From: Branchiostoma floridae
Lineage: Eukaryota
DNA: 64,000 nt
Reading direction: 5' to 3'
NCBI RefSeq assembly: GCF_015852565.1
Contig: NC_136191.1
Coordinates: 11,912,578 to 11,976,577 of the forward strand
The position numbers and the translations under genes are program-made. Shown piece by piece: positions 1 through 11,300 of this stretch; position 1 is the stretch's first letter; every line of letters begins with the position of its first letter. The notes below the pieces were generated by a model, which had not been told where the DNA came from, did not search any database, and saw only the letters and a list, made by a program, of their open reading frames with translations.

Positions 1-146
1 GTCAAAGGCAATGTCAATGAAACATAAATGATAAGCTTTGAAAACGTTGCGTTTCTAGTAATAGTATTGGATTTTAGGTCCAATGACAAGGCAGGTAACC
101 TTTAATAAGATAGCACTGCCTAACATAGAATCCAATATTTCTGCAG

Positions 147-287
147 GTGGACGCCAAGACTAAGACGTCTCAGCGGATACGGGCGGGAGAGTCCGTACAT
201 CTCATCGTCAATGTCACCGGGAAACCACGCCCTGCTATCTTCTGGACCAAAGATGAAGTTGACATCCTGAAAGTTTCTGGAGTCAGG
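147..287 (+). CDS. titin-like exon A (Ig, part)
   Basis: Acceptor ctgcag|; VDAKTKTSQRIRAGESVHLIVNVTGKPRPAIFWTKDEVDILKVSGVR; donor AGG|GTAGGA. Confidence 0.6.
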
Positions 288-3200
288 GTAGGAAAAAGTT
301 AACCAATCTTCTTTTGTCTTAATGTGGCAAAAAAATAAATAATACGTGAGGAAAATATGAAAGTTGAGCAAAGATTGTACCTTGATAGACATGTATAAAA
401 TGTATTCGCATAGGCGATTTCTCGTTCTACAATTTGGCCATCGTGAGTTGTAGCAATACGATTTTGAAAAATCTTTTATAAATTTTCATGAAGGTGAATG
501 ATTTCATGTTCCGAAGCAATATGTATTCAGGAATTTTAAAAAAGATAGTCATATGTGAGATTGAGCTAATTCTCCACACTCTTACGATTGTATGGCACGA
601 ATATCAGTATCTGATGAAACACTTTGATTTCTGATGAAACACTTTGATTTCATTGTACTACCATGCAGGCGACAACTGTAGAAAAGAACCTAGGGCCTAC
701 TTGTGAGCTCTATATTGCGTCGTCAGAACGTGCACACAATGGGAAATACGTCATCACGGCACAGAACGAGCTGGGGAAGGCGTCCGAGACACTGGAGTTG
801 GTGGTCACCGACAGACCACAACCACCGGAGGGTGAGTCATTTCTAATTCTATAATCCAACTCTTAGAACAACTTTGGCAAATATCTGCCACTTGATAAAA
901 ATCTTTTATTATTACCTGTCCTCACTGCTTAGCTCCAACTCAGTTGTCCAAAAGCCTGTCAGTGACGCAATTTCCCATGAACCCTTTAGATGTTGAAGTG
1001 ACTGAGATAACCCCCGAGACCGCCACAGTCACATGGCGCCCACCTGAAGACGACGGCGGGTCAGAGGTCACAAGCTACGTTGTGGAAAAGTATGACTTCA
1101 AGGTCAGTGACATAGTCGTAGGACTTGGTATGTCTGACATGAAAAAGACTTTTAAAGTAAAATCGCATTAGGAGGTTTGTCAGAATTACCATATAGAACA
1201 ATTACACACTCGTAATGTTATTAAACCAGTATTATAGACAAGGTATAATCAAACATTGTCTTAACATCAGGAGAAAGAGTGGACGGAGGTGAACCGTAAT
1301 GTCCGTAAGACGCCCTGCACCGTGACAAGGCTCGTCGGCGGCCGGGTCTACAAGTTCGGCGTGCGTGCGCAGAACATGTACGGCGTCAGCGACAGAAGAG
1401 CCACGTCACAGATGGAGGCCAAATACAACTTTGAGCCACCTGAAGCACCTGACATGCCCAGGCCAATGCAGGTAACAACATTCCACAACAACATTACCAC
1501 ATAATATCAACCGTTTCAACAGCAGCGTCGCAGGCGACGAAATGGTTTGCGTAGGTGAAGAATGTTGTCATTGTAGGCTTTCTAGCTAGTGATGAGCCCA
1601 ATGCCTACGACATATTACATAGATATTGTCTTAACACTAAAACAAGTTTTGCCTGCTTGCGATTACCATATAGCGGATAATATCATAGAAACGTAGTTGA
1701 TTTCGTAAAAGAAGGAACAATGATCACATGCTGGTTAAAAGCATTGTACCTTATTATGATGCATGTAACCTTTGAAAATTGTTTCTCATAGATTTCCAAG
1801 GAAGAAATAGTCCTTCGTTGGAACGCGCCCCCGGCGGATGGAGGCAGCCCTGTGCTCGGGTACGTCCTGGAGAAGAAGACCGGCACGTCAGTACGCTGGG
1901 ACCGGGTCAACACGGACCCCATCGCCACGGAGATCTACACCGTACCCACCGTGGAGGGCGGGGAGTACGACTTCAGGGTCGCCGCAGTGAATGCCGCGGG
2001 GGTGGGCAAGTGAGTGGATACACCCCGATATACGATCAATTGCTAGCCTGGGTACAATCCGATTTCTACCGGGGCTCCTTGCACTCTCTGCCCTGTACCA
2101 TCATTCGATTTCTACTGGGGCAGCGAGTGCAAGGAGTCCCAGTAGAAATCGAATGGTACGCAGGACAAACCATGGTGCGCCAAAGGAAAAATCTCCAACA
2201 TAACATAGACTTTTACACGGGCAAATGTTTACAGGTCGGTTGAAAAAATATAGCGGGCCATATTCTAAGTAAGGATAACATGGTAATCTTAATCTTTAGG
2301 GTCAACCAAGATTAAATGTATAAAGTTATTTACACACTAACAACTGAAGTTAGCAACGATGTGCTACGCACACCTTGTTTTTGACTACATGATTTTCATC
2401 TGTTCAAACATTTTTAATCTCTGTCCTATGCTTACTCCCTTCCCATGCTCAGGTTCAGTGTGTCGTCGGGACGGATTGTAGCGAGAAACATTGGGAAGCC
2501 GGGACCGCCGCCCAGTGTGACTGTAGTGGACACGACCAGGTCCTCTGCCACTGTGCGATGGACACAGCCGGAGGACAAAGGTACATCAAAAGTCATATAT
2601 TCAATTATAGAAAATTTTGGATAAATCATATCTGTCTTCTAGATCGAGTTTATTCTTTGTTCTGAACTAGTCACTAAGTTAGATAAGTTACACATGATTA
2701 ACACAAATATCTGTCTTGCAAATGGTCTTCGTGCATGACGTAGCCATAACATTGATGATGAATATCATGTCGTGATTATCATTTTGATATAAGCTTAAGG
2801 ACACATTATGTATTTTTCATTGGGCAATGCCTTTTAGGAACGATTCCTCTTTTTCCCAATACTTCAAATATATATTTAATGTGTCTGTCCCTGGTGCTGA
2901 AATACCGCTTGTTATTGTACATTACAAAGTATGGGTAGATGCTTACCAATTTCTCTTGTTTTCGACCTCAGGAGGCGCTGCCATCCAGGGGTACGTCCTG
3001 GAAGTTAAAGATACGACGACTGGGTGGCGCAAGTGCCACACCTGTGACGTTATCAAGGGTTGTAACATGACCGTGACTGGTCTAGATCCAGGTCAGGAGT
3101 ACCTGTTCCGGGTCAGCGCCGTCAATGAACATGGACAGGGAGAGGAGACGGAAACCACTGAGTCTGTAGAAGCTAAGGATAGGTACGTTATAACCTTACC

Positions 3201-5598
3201 TAGATACATGTACAGCACTTTCTATCTGTGTAACCATGCATGTATTTTTTTCCAATGTGTAATAAAGAAAATATGTCTATGAGACTTAGGACAAATATTA
3301 AAATCCAGAGAACATGTAGCCAAGTATAGATGTGCAGGATGAATTATAATTGTAACATTGTGCAGGCTTGAGCCACCGGAAGTGGAAGTAGACCCCTTGA
3401 TGACGCGCGGCACCTCGGTGCATGCTGGGGAGACTCTGCACCTAAAGGCGGGAATCAGCGGCAGACCTGCTCCGGAGGTCACGTGGTCCATCCCACAGGA
3501 GGTACAGATGATTTTATTACAGATTTTATTACAAGACGTTCGTTCATCGTCAGAAGAATAGATAAAGACGTTGGTACAAACTTTCAGAAGCCTCTTTCTA
3601 TTCCCATCCTCCTACGCACGGTCCTCCAACGGCACTAGGTAACTGCCAATAGGCACTTATATTTAATTAACTTGTGCCGTCGGGGGACCGAGCGTTGGAG
3701 GATGTCTATTCCTTACGTCAGGTGTTCATAAGGTCACGTGTTTTTAGCAAATGGTATCCGAACATGAAGAGGGAAATAATGACGGCTAATACGAGAAGTT
3801 TATGCGTAAGGTCACAGTTAGGTATAGAATAACCATCTGTCCGTCTTTCAGGAGCGCGAGGGTCGCATCGCTGTGGACACGACGACAAAAGACACGCAGC
3901 TGTTGGTGATGAACTGCGACAGGACTGACGCTGGCAGGTCTGTGTTCTACTACATGTTCATATTAGGTGGTAAACTCATCAGTGGACATCAATATAGTGC
4001 AATAAGAAAAAACGTTCCTAATAAGTATTCTGCTAGCACTGTAATTTTAAGTATCAGATTTCGTTGCTGTTTGTGAAGCTTTGTTAGCGGTTACTGAACT
4101 TTGTTAGCCTTAACTGAAGAAAAGATTTCACAGATCATCATACCAAACGACAATAACTGATCATTTAAGGTTTTGCAAAATGATCCGTGTTTCTGTGGCT
4201 GACGGCTAAGGATGTTGGCAAGAACTGATATAGACATTAATTCTTGTTTCAGATACGTGCTTACCCTTAAGAACAGCGTTGGTGCCAAGACAGTGACGTT
4301 CAGTGTCAAGGTGCTGGACAGTCCTTCTGCTCCCGTCAACCTTCGAGTCAAGGACGCCAACAAAAATCAGGCTGTTCTCAACTGGGATCCTCCAGAGAAG
4401 GTGCCGTCTTGTCTTCACATTAACATAACAGACTTATAAGTACGTTGGGTGGTTTGCCACTGTGAACGTCTGTTGACTTATACTTTTGATATAAGACGTA
4501 TTACTTATTTCGGTTGCTCATTTATGTAAATGTATATGTTAAAGGATGGCGGTAGCCTGGTCACACACTACATTGTTGAGAAGAGAGAACAGTCACGACG
4601 CACCTGGGGTCCCGTGGATAGGGAGGTGCAGAGGAACTCCTACCGGGTCAACATGGTCGAGGGCAACCACTACTACTTTCGGGTGACGGCCGTGAATGAA
4701 TATGGAGAGGGCGTCCCGGCGGAAACCTCGGCACCGACCTTGGCGGCCGACCCTGTTGAGGTGCCGGATCCACCAAGATTCCTGGAGGTACTTTGTCCAT
4801 AACTTTTGATATCCGTTTTCACAAAATGGTACCCCAGATTGTAAACTGGAGTGTCCAATTACTTTCAGCTCGTCCCGAGTCCAATAGCTTTAGTTCTACT
4901 GCAGTTTCAAAAGGAACCGCTAAGGTATCCAAAATGTGTCCCGTTTTCAAGCCGTCACATATGAAACATTATACATGTAGCGCCATCTTTATAACATATC
5001 GTGTTAACAGACTAAAATTCCACAAAAGAGCCGGGAACAAAAATATGACTTTCTAACCCTTGAAGCAAAAACCACGGTAGATACAACACTATTTCTCGAA
5101 AGCAATGTTCATACATGGGATGTTTCAGGTGACCCAGGTGACGGAAACAAGCATAGGTCTGTCATGGGAGAAACCTGACTGGGACGGAGGCGCCAGGGTG
5201 GAGACGTATGTCATTGGTAAGTGTGGAACTATTTTTATTTCGTGATGTCAGAATTAGTAATGGTTAAAGATTTCCTCATAACGACCACTTTTAACAGTGA
5301 AAGCGTTTTGTAGTTGATTTCTGTTGTCCTGCCTCGTCAGATTTAATTTAGTAACATTGTTCGTCTATCATCTATCGTTCTTGCAGAGGGATTATGGGAA
5401 GGCAGCAACTCCTGGACGTTTATGAAGAATACGTGTCAGACTCACGTGACCCTGATGGGACTGGACGAGGGGATGACGTACAGCATCCGGGTCCGTGCGC
5501 AGAACGGGGCGGGAATCGGGCATCCGGCGGAGGTGGAGGAGGATATCGTCTGCAGACACCAGGGGAGCCTGCCAATGGTGGACCTGGGAATGCTGTAG
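147..5598 (+). CDS. 3' portion of a titin/twitchin-like Ig-FN3 repeat protein gene. 13 coding exons lie in the window and the 5' end is upstream of it. Domain order is Ig-FN3-FN3-FN3-Ig-FN3-FN3.
   Basis: Translated exons carry FN3 hallmarks (W..PP.DGGS..GY..E, Y.FRV.A.N..G.G) and I-set Ig hallmarks (DxGxY, C...). All junctions are GT/AG and phase-consistent. The last exon reads ...GHPAEVEEDIVCRHQGSLPMVDLGML and stops at TAG 5596-5598. Confidence 0.7.
669..831 (+). CDS. titin-like exon B (Ig, end)
   Basis: ATTVEKNLGPTCELYIASSERAHNGKYVITAQNELGKASETLELVVTDRPQPPEG; donor |GTGAGT; phase 1. Confidence 0.65.
933..1102 (+). CDS. titin-like exon C (FN3 N-half)
   Basis: ...PMNPLDVEVTEITPETATVTWRPPEDDGGSEVTSYVVEKYDFK; donor AAG|GTCAGT. 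Confidence 0.6.
1271..1471 (+). CDS. titin-like exon D (FN3 C-half)
   Basis: EKEWTEVNRNVRKTPCTVTRLVGGRVYKFGVRAQNMYGVSDRRATSQMEAKYNFEPPEAPDMPRPMQ; CAG|GTAACA. Confidence 0.7.
1792..2009 (+). CDS. titin-like exon E (FN3)
   Basis: ISKEEIVLRWNAPPADGGSPVLGYVLEKKTGTSVRWDRVNTDPIATEIYTVPTVEGGEYDFRVAAVNAAGVGK; donor |GTGAGT. Confidence 0.7.
2040..2165. repeat. ~125-bp hairpin or inverted repeat in a titin-like intron.
   Basis: gatttctaccggggctccttgcactc ... gagtgcaaggagtcccagtagaaatcg. Confidence 0.5.
2453..2580 (+). CDS. titin-like exon F (FN3 N-part)
   Basis: FSVSSGRIVARNIGKPGPPPSVTVVDTTRSSATVRWTQPEDKG; an in-frame alternative acceptor lies at 2459; donor AAG|GTACAT. Confidence 0.55.
2972..3182 (+). 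CDS. titin-like exon G (FN3 C-part)
   Basis: GAAIQGYVLEVKDTTTGWRKCHTCDVIKGCNMTVTGLDPGQEYLFRVSAVNEHGQGEETETTESVEAKD; donor |GTACGT. Confidence 0.7.
3366..3501 (+). CDS. titin-like exon H (Ig N-part)
   Basis: LEPPEVEVDPLMTRGTSVHAGETLHLKAGISGRPAPEVTWSIPQE; GAG|GTACAG. Confidence 0.7.
3852..3937 (+). CDS. titin-like exon I (Ig middle)
   Basis: EREGRIAVDTTTKDTQLLVMNCDRTDAG(R); donor CAG|GTCTGT. Confidence 0.6.
4253..4400 (+). CDS. titin-like exon J (Ig end and FN3 start)
   Basis: YVLTLKNSVGAKTVTFSVKVLDSPSAPVNLRVKDANKNQAVLNWDPPEK; AAG|GTGCCG. Confidence 0.65.
4545..4787 (+). CDS. titin-like exon K (FN3)
   Basis: DGGSLVTHYIVEKREQSRRTWGPVDREVQRNSYRVNMVEGNHYYFRVTAVNEYGEGVPAETSAPTLAADPVEVPDPPRFLE; GAG|GTACTT. 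Confidence 0.7.
5129..5216 (+). CDS. titin-like exon L (FN3 start)
   Basis: VTQVTETSIGLSWEKPDWDGGARVETYVIG; donor |GTAAGT. Confidence 0.7.
5387..5598 (+). CDS. titin-like terminal exon M (FN3 end and stop)
   Basis: EGLWEGSNSWTFMKNTCQTHVTLMGLDEGMTYSIRVRAQNGAGIGHPAEVEEDIVCRHQGSLPMVDLGML*; acceptor ttgcag|. Confidence 0.6.
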
Positions 5599-8049
5599 AA
5601 TCGTACACTTGCCAAGCTGATTCATTTGTACCACAGTGATAAGCAAGATCACAGTCCCAAGTGCGCATGTGTAGCCGTGATGCATTGTGGTTTAAGGTCA
5701 ATGTTTAAGGCCCCTGGTAATTTTTATCAATGCTTGGGGTCATGGGCCTTACACCTGTGAACATGCGCACTTCGTACTGTGAATTGACTTATCAAAATTA
5801 ACAGTTGAGCCAAAAAGAGAGTTAGGCGCCTCACCACTTTTTGAGGACTTGGATTATGTTCATAGAGTCAAGTTGCCACTATACTATTGAGCTCAATTTG
5901 CCTGTAAATATTGCTATGTGCAAATGTACAAAAATGTAAGACTACCTTATCTTAGCTATACAATGTAAAAGAAACTGAAAGGAGTGGACCATTTGTAAGA
6001 TCAAGACAAAAGATATTCTTGCAGTGAAGTGTGACCTGGCAATGGCAGTACTTGTAGACACATACACAGCCTTGTATACTGGATATGACGGCGGCACGGC
6101 GGTTGTGTGCTCTATACTAAATTAAACCATGACATACCTGTGTGGAGACATAACAACCTTGCAAGACAGCCATGTGCTTATATATGACAAAATAGCCGAG
6201 GTGCTATTGCCGGACGTGACAAAACTGGTAAATTTTACCAGATTATATCGAGGCTTTGTAATCTGACCACGACAATGAATTATTTGCATGCTTGTATGGT
6301 ACATATTGTCAAAATAGGATTTGTGATTAGTATATATAGGTGTTGTTTTGAAATTGATTAGTCAGTAGTTACCAAGCCAATTAGGTGTTCACTTGCATGG
6401 TCCATTTATTCTTCATACCGCAAGTACAATAGATATTTGCATGACGGATGTCTCATGAAAACCCATGTAATTGTGCACTATTGTCTTATTGGTTTGCAAT
6501 ACATGAAATAAACAATAGTCATTCAAAATCTTTTAAAACAATTGTCTGGTATCATGAAATAAAAAAGTGCCAACAGTTGCGTTTGCTTTGTTTTTTTTTT
6601 TTTGCAAACGTGACACATTTCAGTTTTTAGACTTTACTTTACGCAAGTGTCAGGTGTTATTTTCTATTGGTTACAAGCTACGTTATCATTAATTCATTTA
6701 GAAATTGGTCACTTTACGAACTAATTGGAAAATTGAATTACATATGTATTGATAAAATTTGATACATTATCGATAAGTATTGCCCACAAGGTTAGATGAA
6801 GTCGCCATAGTTTAAATTAATAAATTAATAAAGTGGATACCATTTTCGGAAAAAGAAGGCAGCTCCAGACCTATAGAATCACGGTCTTCACTATGGCTGT
6901 GTCTCAAGTGATGTACCTTTCATTCTCTCAAATGATTGGTCACGATTGTCCAATACAATAAATACCATCATCTGTAGTTGATTGAAATTGGATGCCCCGA
7001 TCCCCGGCCCATTCAAGCAGATGCGAAAGTAGGCAAATCACTTTAACGTTTTCTGACCGGGCGACGTTTCTGCATTTCTCCATTGTTAGAAAAGCCATCC
7101 GGTCAGAAAACTGTGCAATTTTCTAACCACCCAAACATCTGCTTGGAGTTTAGCGTTGTCTGACCTAGGAAGTAAATGCCACAGGGGTCACGAGGGGTCA
7201 TGAGGCTTCTATGACAACACGCACGTACCATCCATGATTTGATTGATTTACTGGTCTTCTAGGTACAGAATCTGTGGAAATAAGAGTCTATTTCTCACTT
7301 GCTATAATACCTATCTTTGTTGATGAAGTTAGACTGACAGAATATGGCCTAATCTTGTGGGAAAAGCTCAGTTTAAGCATGTTGTTGTTGTCGGAAGATC
7401 CATGGTTACAACCGGTTTGACAGGTAAGCCCCCCTCCCCGCATACTTTCACTTGTATTGCTCTGTAAAAATACAATATCATTTGATCGGCTTTACAATAT
7501 GAAAGAAATTTACAGAAATGAGATAGTTATATCTGCATATCCTTTTCATCTAGTTACAATTGATCGTGTTAAATCTGGAAACAAACTACAATTTTCACAA
7601 ATGATAAATGACACCCTATGGCTGCTTTTGGTGTAGTGATATTAAACTACACAACTGCTTTACAAAGTCAGACATAACTGAGAAAAAACGTGGATGACAC
7701 TAAGATCACTTTGGGGTAAATATATGTCATTGAGAAATATAAACAATGGAATGAGACCATATGTAACCTAATTATGACAGGTTAGGGTAAACATACATTT
7801 GTATTTAGGTCATGAAAAGGCCATGATTATCAAAGCAAAATATTGCTGCCATCAATTTTATATTAAGTTACAATGCACAGATTTGAGATGAGAGCAGTAT
7901 ATGATCTAATAACAAATCCAAAAATTGTTATAGAAAAGCTCAATAAATGAACAAATAAATGATAAACATTTGCTACTGCAGCAGTATATTCTCTTCAATC
8001 ATATTGTTTACGATGATGTTTTCTGTGCAGTGTGTGAATCAGAGTGAAG

Positions 8050-8313
8050 ATGGGTTGTGGGGCGTCGACAAACTATCAGTACGAGGTGAACCTCACCTGG
8101 GAACAGGTGAGCCGCACCGTGGACACGCCCAGACCCAAGGACGACAAGCTGGTCCTCAGGCACTCCAACTGGAAAACTGTCCGCATCTTCGTCTCATCAA
8201 CCTTCAAGGACTTTCACTCGGAGAGAGACGTTCTCGTGAAGGAGGTGTTCGCAGACTTGAGACATTGGTGCGAGAAAAGGAGGCTACATCTTGTGGAATG
8301 TGATCTAAGATGG
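8050..8313 (+). CDS. NTPase-TPR gene exon 1
   Basis: Kozak tgaagATGG; MGCGASTNYQYEVNLTWEQVSRTVDTPRPKDDKLVLRHSNWKTVRIFVSSTFKDFHSERDVLVKEVFADLRHWCEKRRLHLVECDLRW; TGG|GTAAGA. Confidence 0.75.
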
Positions 8314-11300
8314 GTAAGAAAAATTGAGACTTTTGAAATAAGTAGAAACAGACAGAAACAATATAAAGTGTATGCAAAGATATCCTGACTTCCAGGATTC
8401 GAACCCACGCCGATCCCGGGCCGCCAGCTGGTCAGTTTAGCAGTCCTTGAACCTCACTGTTACACTTTCTTTATCTTGTAGGACAATCTTATGAGTTGCA
8501 TATGATATGTGATATGTTTTTAAGAGCATATAAGCATATACAATGTTTATCAGCAAAATGAAGACATTCTAGGCTGTAACATTAATGTACATGTATCAAC
8601 TTTTACACAGGGTATTCCCAAGGATACAACAACAGAGTTTACACTGAGGACATGCTTGGAGGAGATTGACAGGTGCTATGAAGACAACATCATGCCTTTC
8701 TTTCTCAACATGACCAGGTATTATTCAAATAATTGTTAATTGTTCTTTGTGCAGAGTTGCTAATTTTAGGAGACAAAACTTTCCAGTCTAGAAATGACCA
8801 TTACACATTTTGTTAATCAACTTTGCCCCAAGTAACTGAAGTTAGTTTGTCTGTCTGTCTGCCTGTGTGTCTATACTGCAGTTTCTGTATGTTCTGCCAG
8901 ATGGCATTTACTGTCAATTATATTTGTCTACAGTGAGAGATGTGGTTGGATCCCGGGTGTCCAGGAGGTACCTCCGCAGTTCGCAGCAGAGTATCGCTGG
9001 ATCCACGGCCTGTCTGTCACCGAGATGGAAATCATGCATGGAGCGTACAGGAAAGGCAACCCAAACTGTGAGTGGACTTAAAGATGTTGTTAATTTCATG
9101 CTCACAAACGATGCAAGCAAGCACAGAAAGTATGCATAGAAAGGCAGACTTTTAATCCAATACCTCAGAAAATACATTCTATTATAGTCTGTTAAATCTT
9201 TGAATAAGGATTCACTTTACTTGTAGTTTTTACATGATTCCAGACGCCTAAACTAACTTTGTCTCTGTTGTAAATTCCTTCCAGCCCTGTTCATGATCAG
9301 AGATGGCTCTTTCCTGGAGTCTGTACCTGAAAAACATCATAAAGACTTCATCGACATCACACCTGAGGCTCCCTTCAAACTCAAGATGCTGAAAAAGATG
9401 CTACAAGACAGATTTGATGTATGTTCCCTATTTGTACTATCTTATCTTTTCTTCAGTGAAAACAAAATTTTCTTCTTGTAGACTATTACAATGCTTCTAC
9501 ATACAGAAGAATGCCATAATTTTTCCTTCACATTAACCTAATCATTATGGGGCCCATTCAAGTTTTCCAAACAGTAAAGTAAAAGAAATGACCAGAAATT
9601 GCAAGGGATACTCACCTGTTCTCACCTGCCTCCAGCCCAGCCAGGTGTACCAGTACCAGTGTGAGGTCGCAGGGGTCAACTCAGAGGGCAGAGTTCAACT
9701 CAAGGGGCTGGAGAACTTCAGTCTGAAGGTACCCCAGGAATAGTTTAATGTCGGTTTAAGTTGAAATACTCAGATATTTTGTACAATTTGTACTATAGAT
9801 TGTGCTGTGGAACTTATTGGAAGGTTCAGTCTTTACTGATGATCTGTATGTTTATCATTAACATGCCTGATCATCTGTGTTTTTCAGGTGTTTGAGTTCT
9901 TCACACAGAGAGTAGGGGAGCAGTACCCACTGGAGGAGGTACAGACGGACCCATACAGACAACAGGAGGAGGCTCATGAGGTAAAGAGGAGAGGAAAAGT
10001 ACATGTACATGTATTAAGGATGGAAGCAAGTTGTTTCACAGCTATCAATGTTTGTATGAAAATGTCATTTTCTTTTGCGTCAATCTTGTATTTGACCTAA
10101 GGCAGGACAATTGACAATGGTACCATTTTAGATATTTGTTTTCTTCAAGCTTTTCCTTTACCCTATACAATATTAAATATGTATGCCATTGTGTTTTTGA
10201 TAAACAAGCAAACCACAAAATGAATGACTATTTGTAACAATAGTTGAATCAAAACAGAGACAATTTTGTTGATGTTGTATATCAATGTGAGCTGCATGAC
10301 ATGTAATCAAATGACATGTTGCAAGATTTTTTTTAATTGTCATTTACAACATTCTGTATGATTTTACCAGGCCTACATGAAGAATAAGGGAGACCTTGTT
10401 TTGGGAAGGGACTCCATCCTACAGGAGATCCAACTTTACATCACAGAACTGGGGGTGGACTATCCCATGCTGCTGGTGGGGGAGGCAGGGTCCGGCAAGT
10501 CAGCCATCATGGCCAGGGTAGCAGATGTGGCCACAACCAAGGCTCTGAACAAGGAGATACCTGGGTAGGCATATTGGAGGGATGTTTGGACATATAGTGT
10601 GTTATATGCAATTATGTACGTGTGAAACAACTTCACATTGAGTTAATTTATGATTTATATCAGGAGAATTTTATCCTGATTAACAGAAAGATGCTGTGTT
10701 TTTTTTGTCCATTCAGCGGAGGAGACACAGGCTGGCATGTGTTCTACCACTTTGTCGGAGCGATCCCAGGATCCACTGATCTGGAGACTATTCTGAAGAG
10801 GCTGCTGAGGGAGCTGGACATCGTCAATGTAAGTCTCACTGGGAACCCTACAAGTACAAGTGTCAATCATCCATTTTATGTACACAGGAACCACATACAG
10901 TATCACCAATGGGGCAGTTTTCAAAGGGCCCTCATGAATAAAAGATTATATGACATAACAAAAGCATTAATTTTCAAAGTAACTTAAAACTACATCAGAA
11001 GGCTACCACAAAGTAAGTAGATATACAGTAAAACCTACAGCAGTTGCTCAAGGGACTGGCCAGATTTGACCACTATGACAGGTGGTCAGTATGAAGAAAA
11101 GGCTAATGAATTGACCACTGGCAATTGGAGTTCTTGGTCTTACAGTTGCAATCCAAGTGCCGGATTCCGGTGTTCCAGATTTTAAGCCAAAGAAAGCACA
11201 TTAGTTGAGAACACATACACAACTAATGCTTACTTCTGATATCACTTATCAGGATACCACCATGCCCAAAGACATGGAGTCCACAGTACAGCTGACATGT

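Noticed and set aside
120-392. Minus-strand ORFs overlapping + strand exons (120-392, 2432-2629, 3222-3491, 4091-4418, 5392-5701, 17452-17854, 37631-37861 and others).
   Set aside because: They are antisense to well-supported, homology-backed exons, or they lie in the introns between them. They have no splice continuity or recognisable domains, so they are frame-shadow ORFs.
5387-5598. The possibility that the titin-like gene continues beyond 5598 through a cryptic donor.
   Set aside because: No GT donor with a reasonable consensus precedes the TAG, and the downstream 2.4 kb has no Ig or FN3-like frames.
8378-8462. A possible tRNA gene, suggested by the GGTTCGAATCC T-arm-like motif.
   Set aside because: There is no intact acceptor stem or anticodon arm. 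The same sequence recurs in diverged form at 13125-13272, so it is a tRNA-derived SINE.
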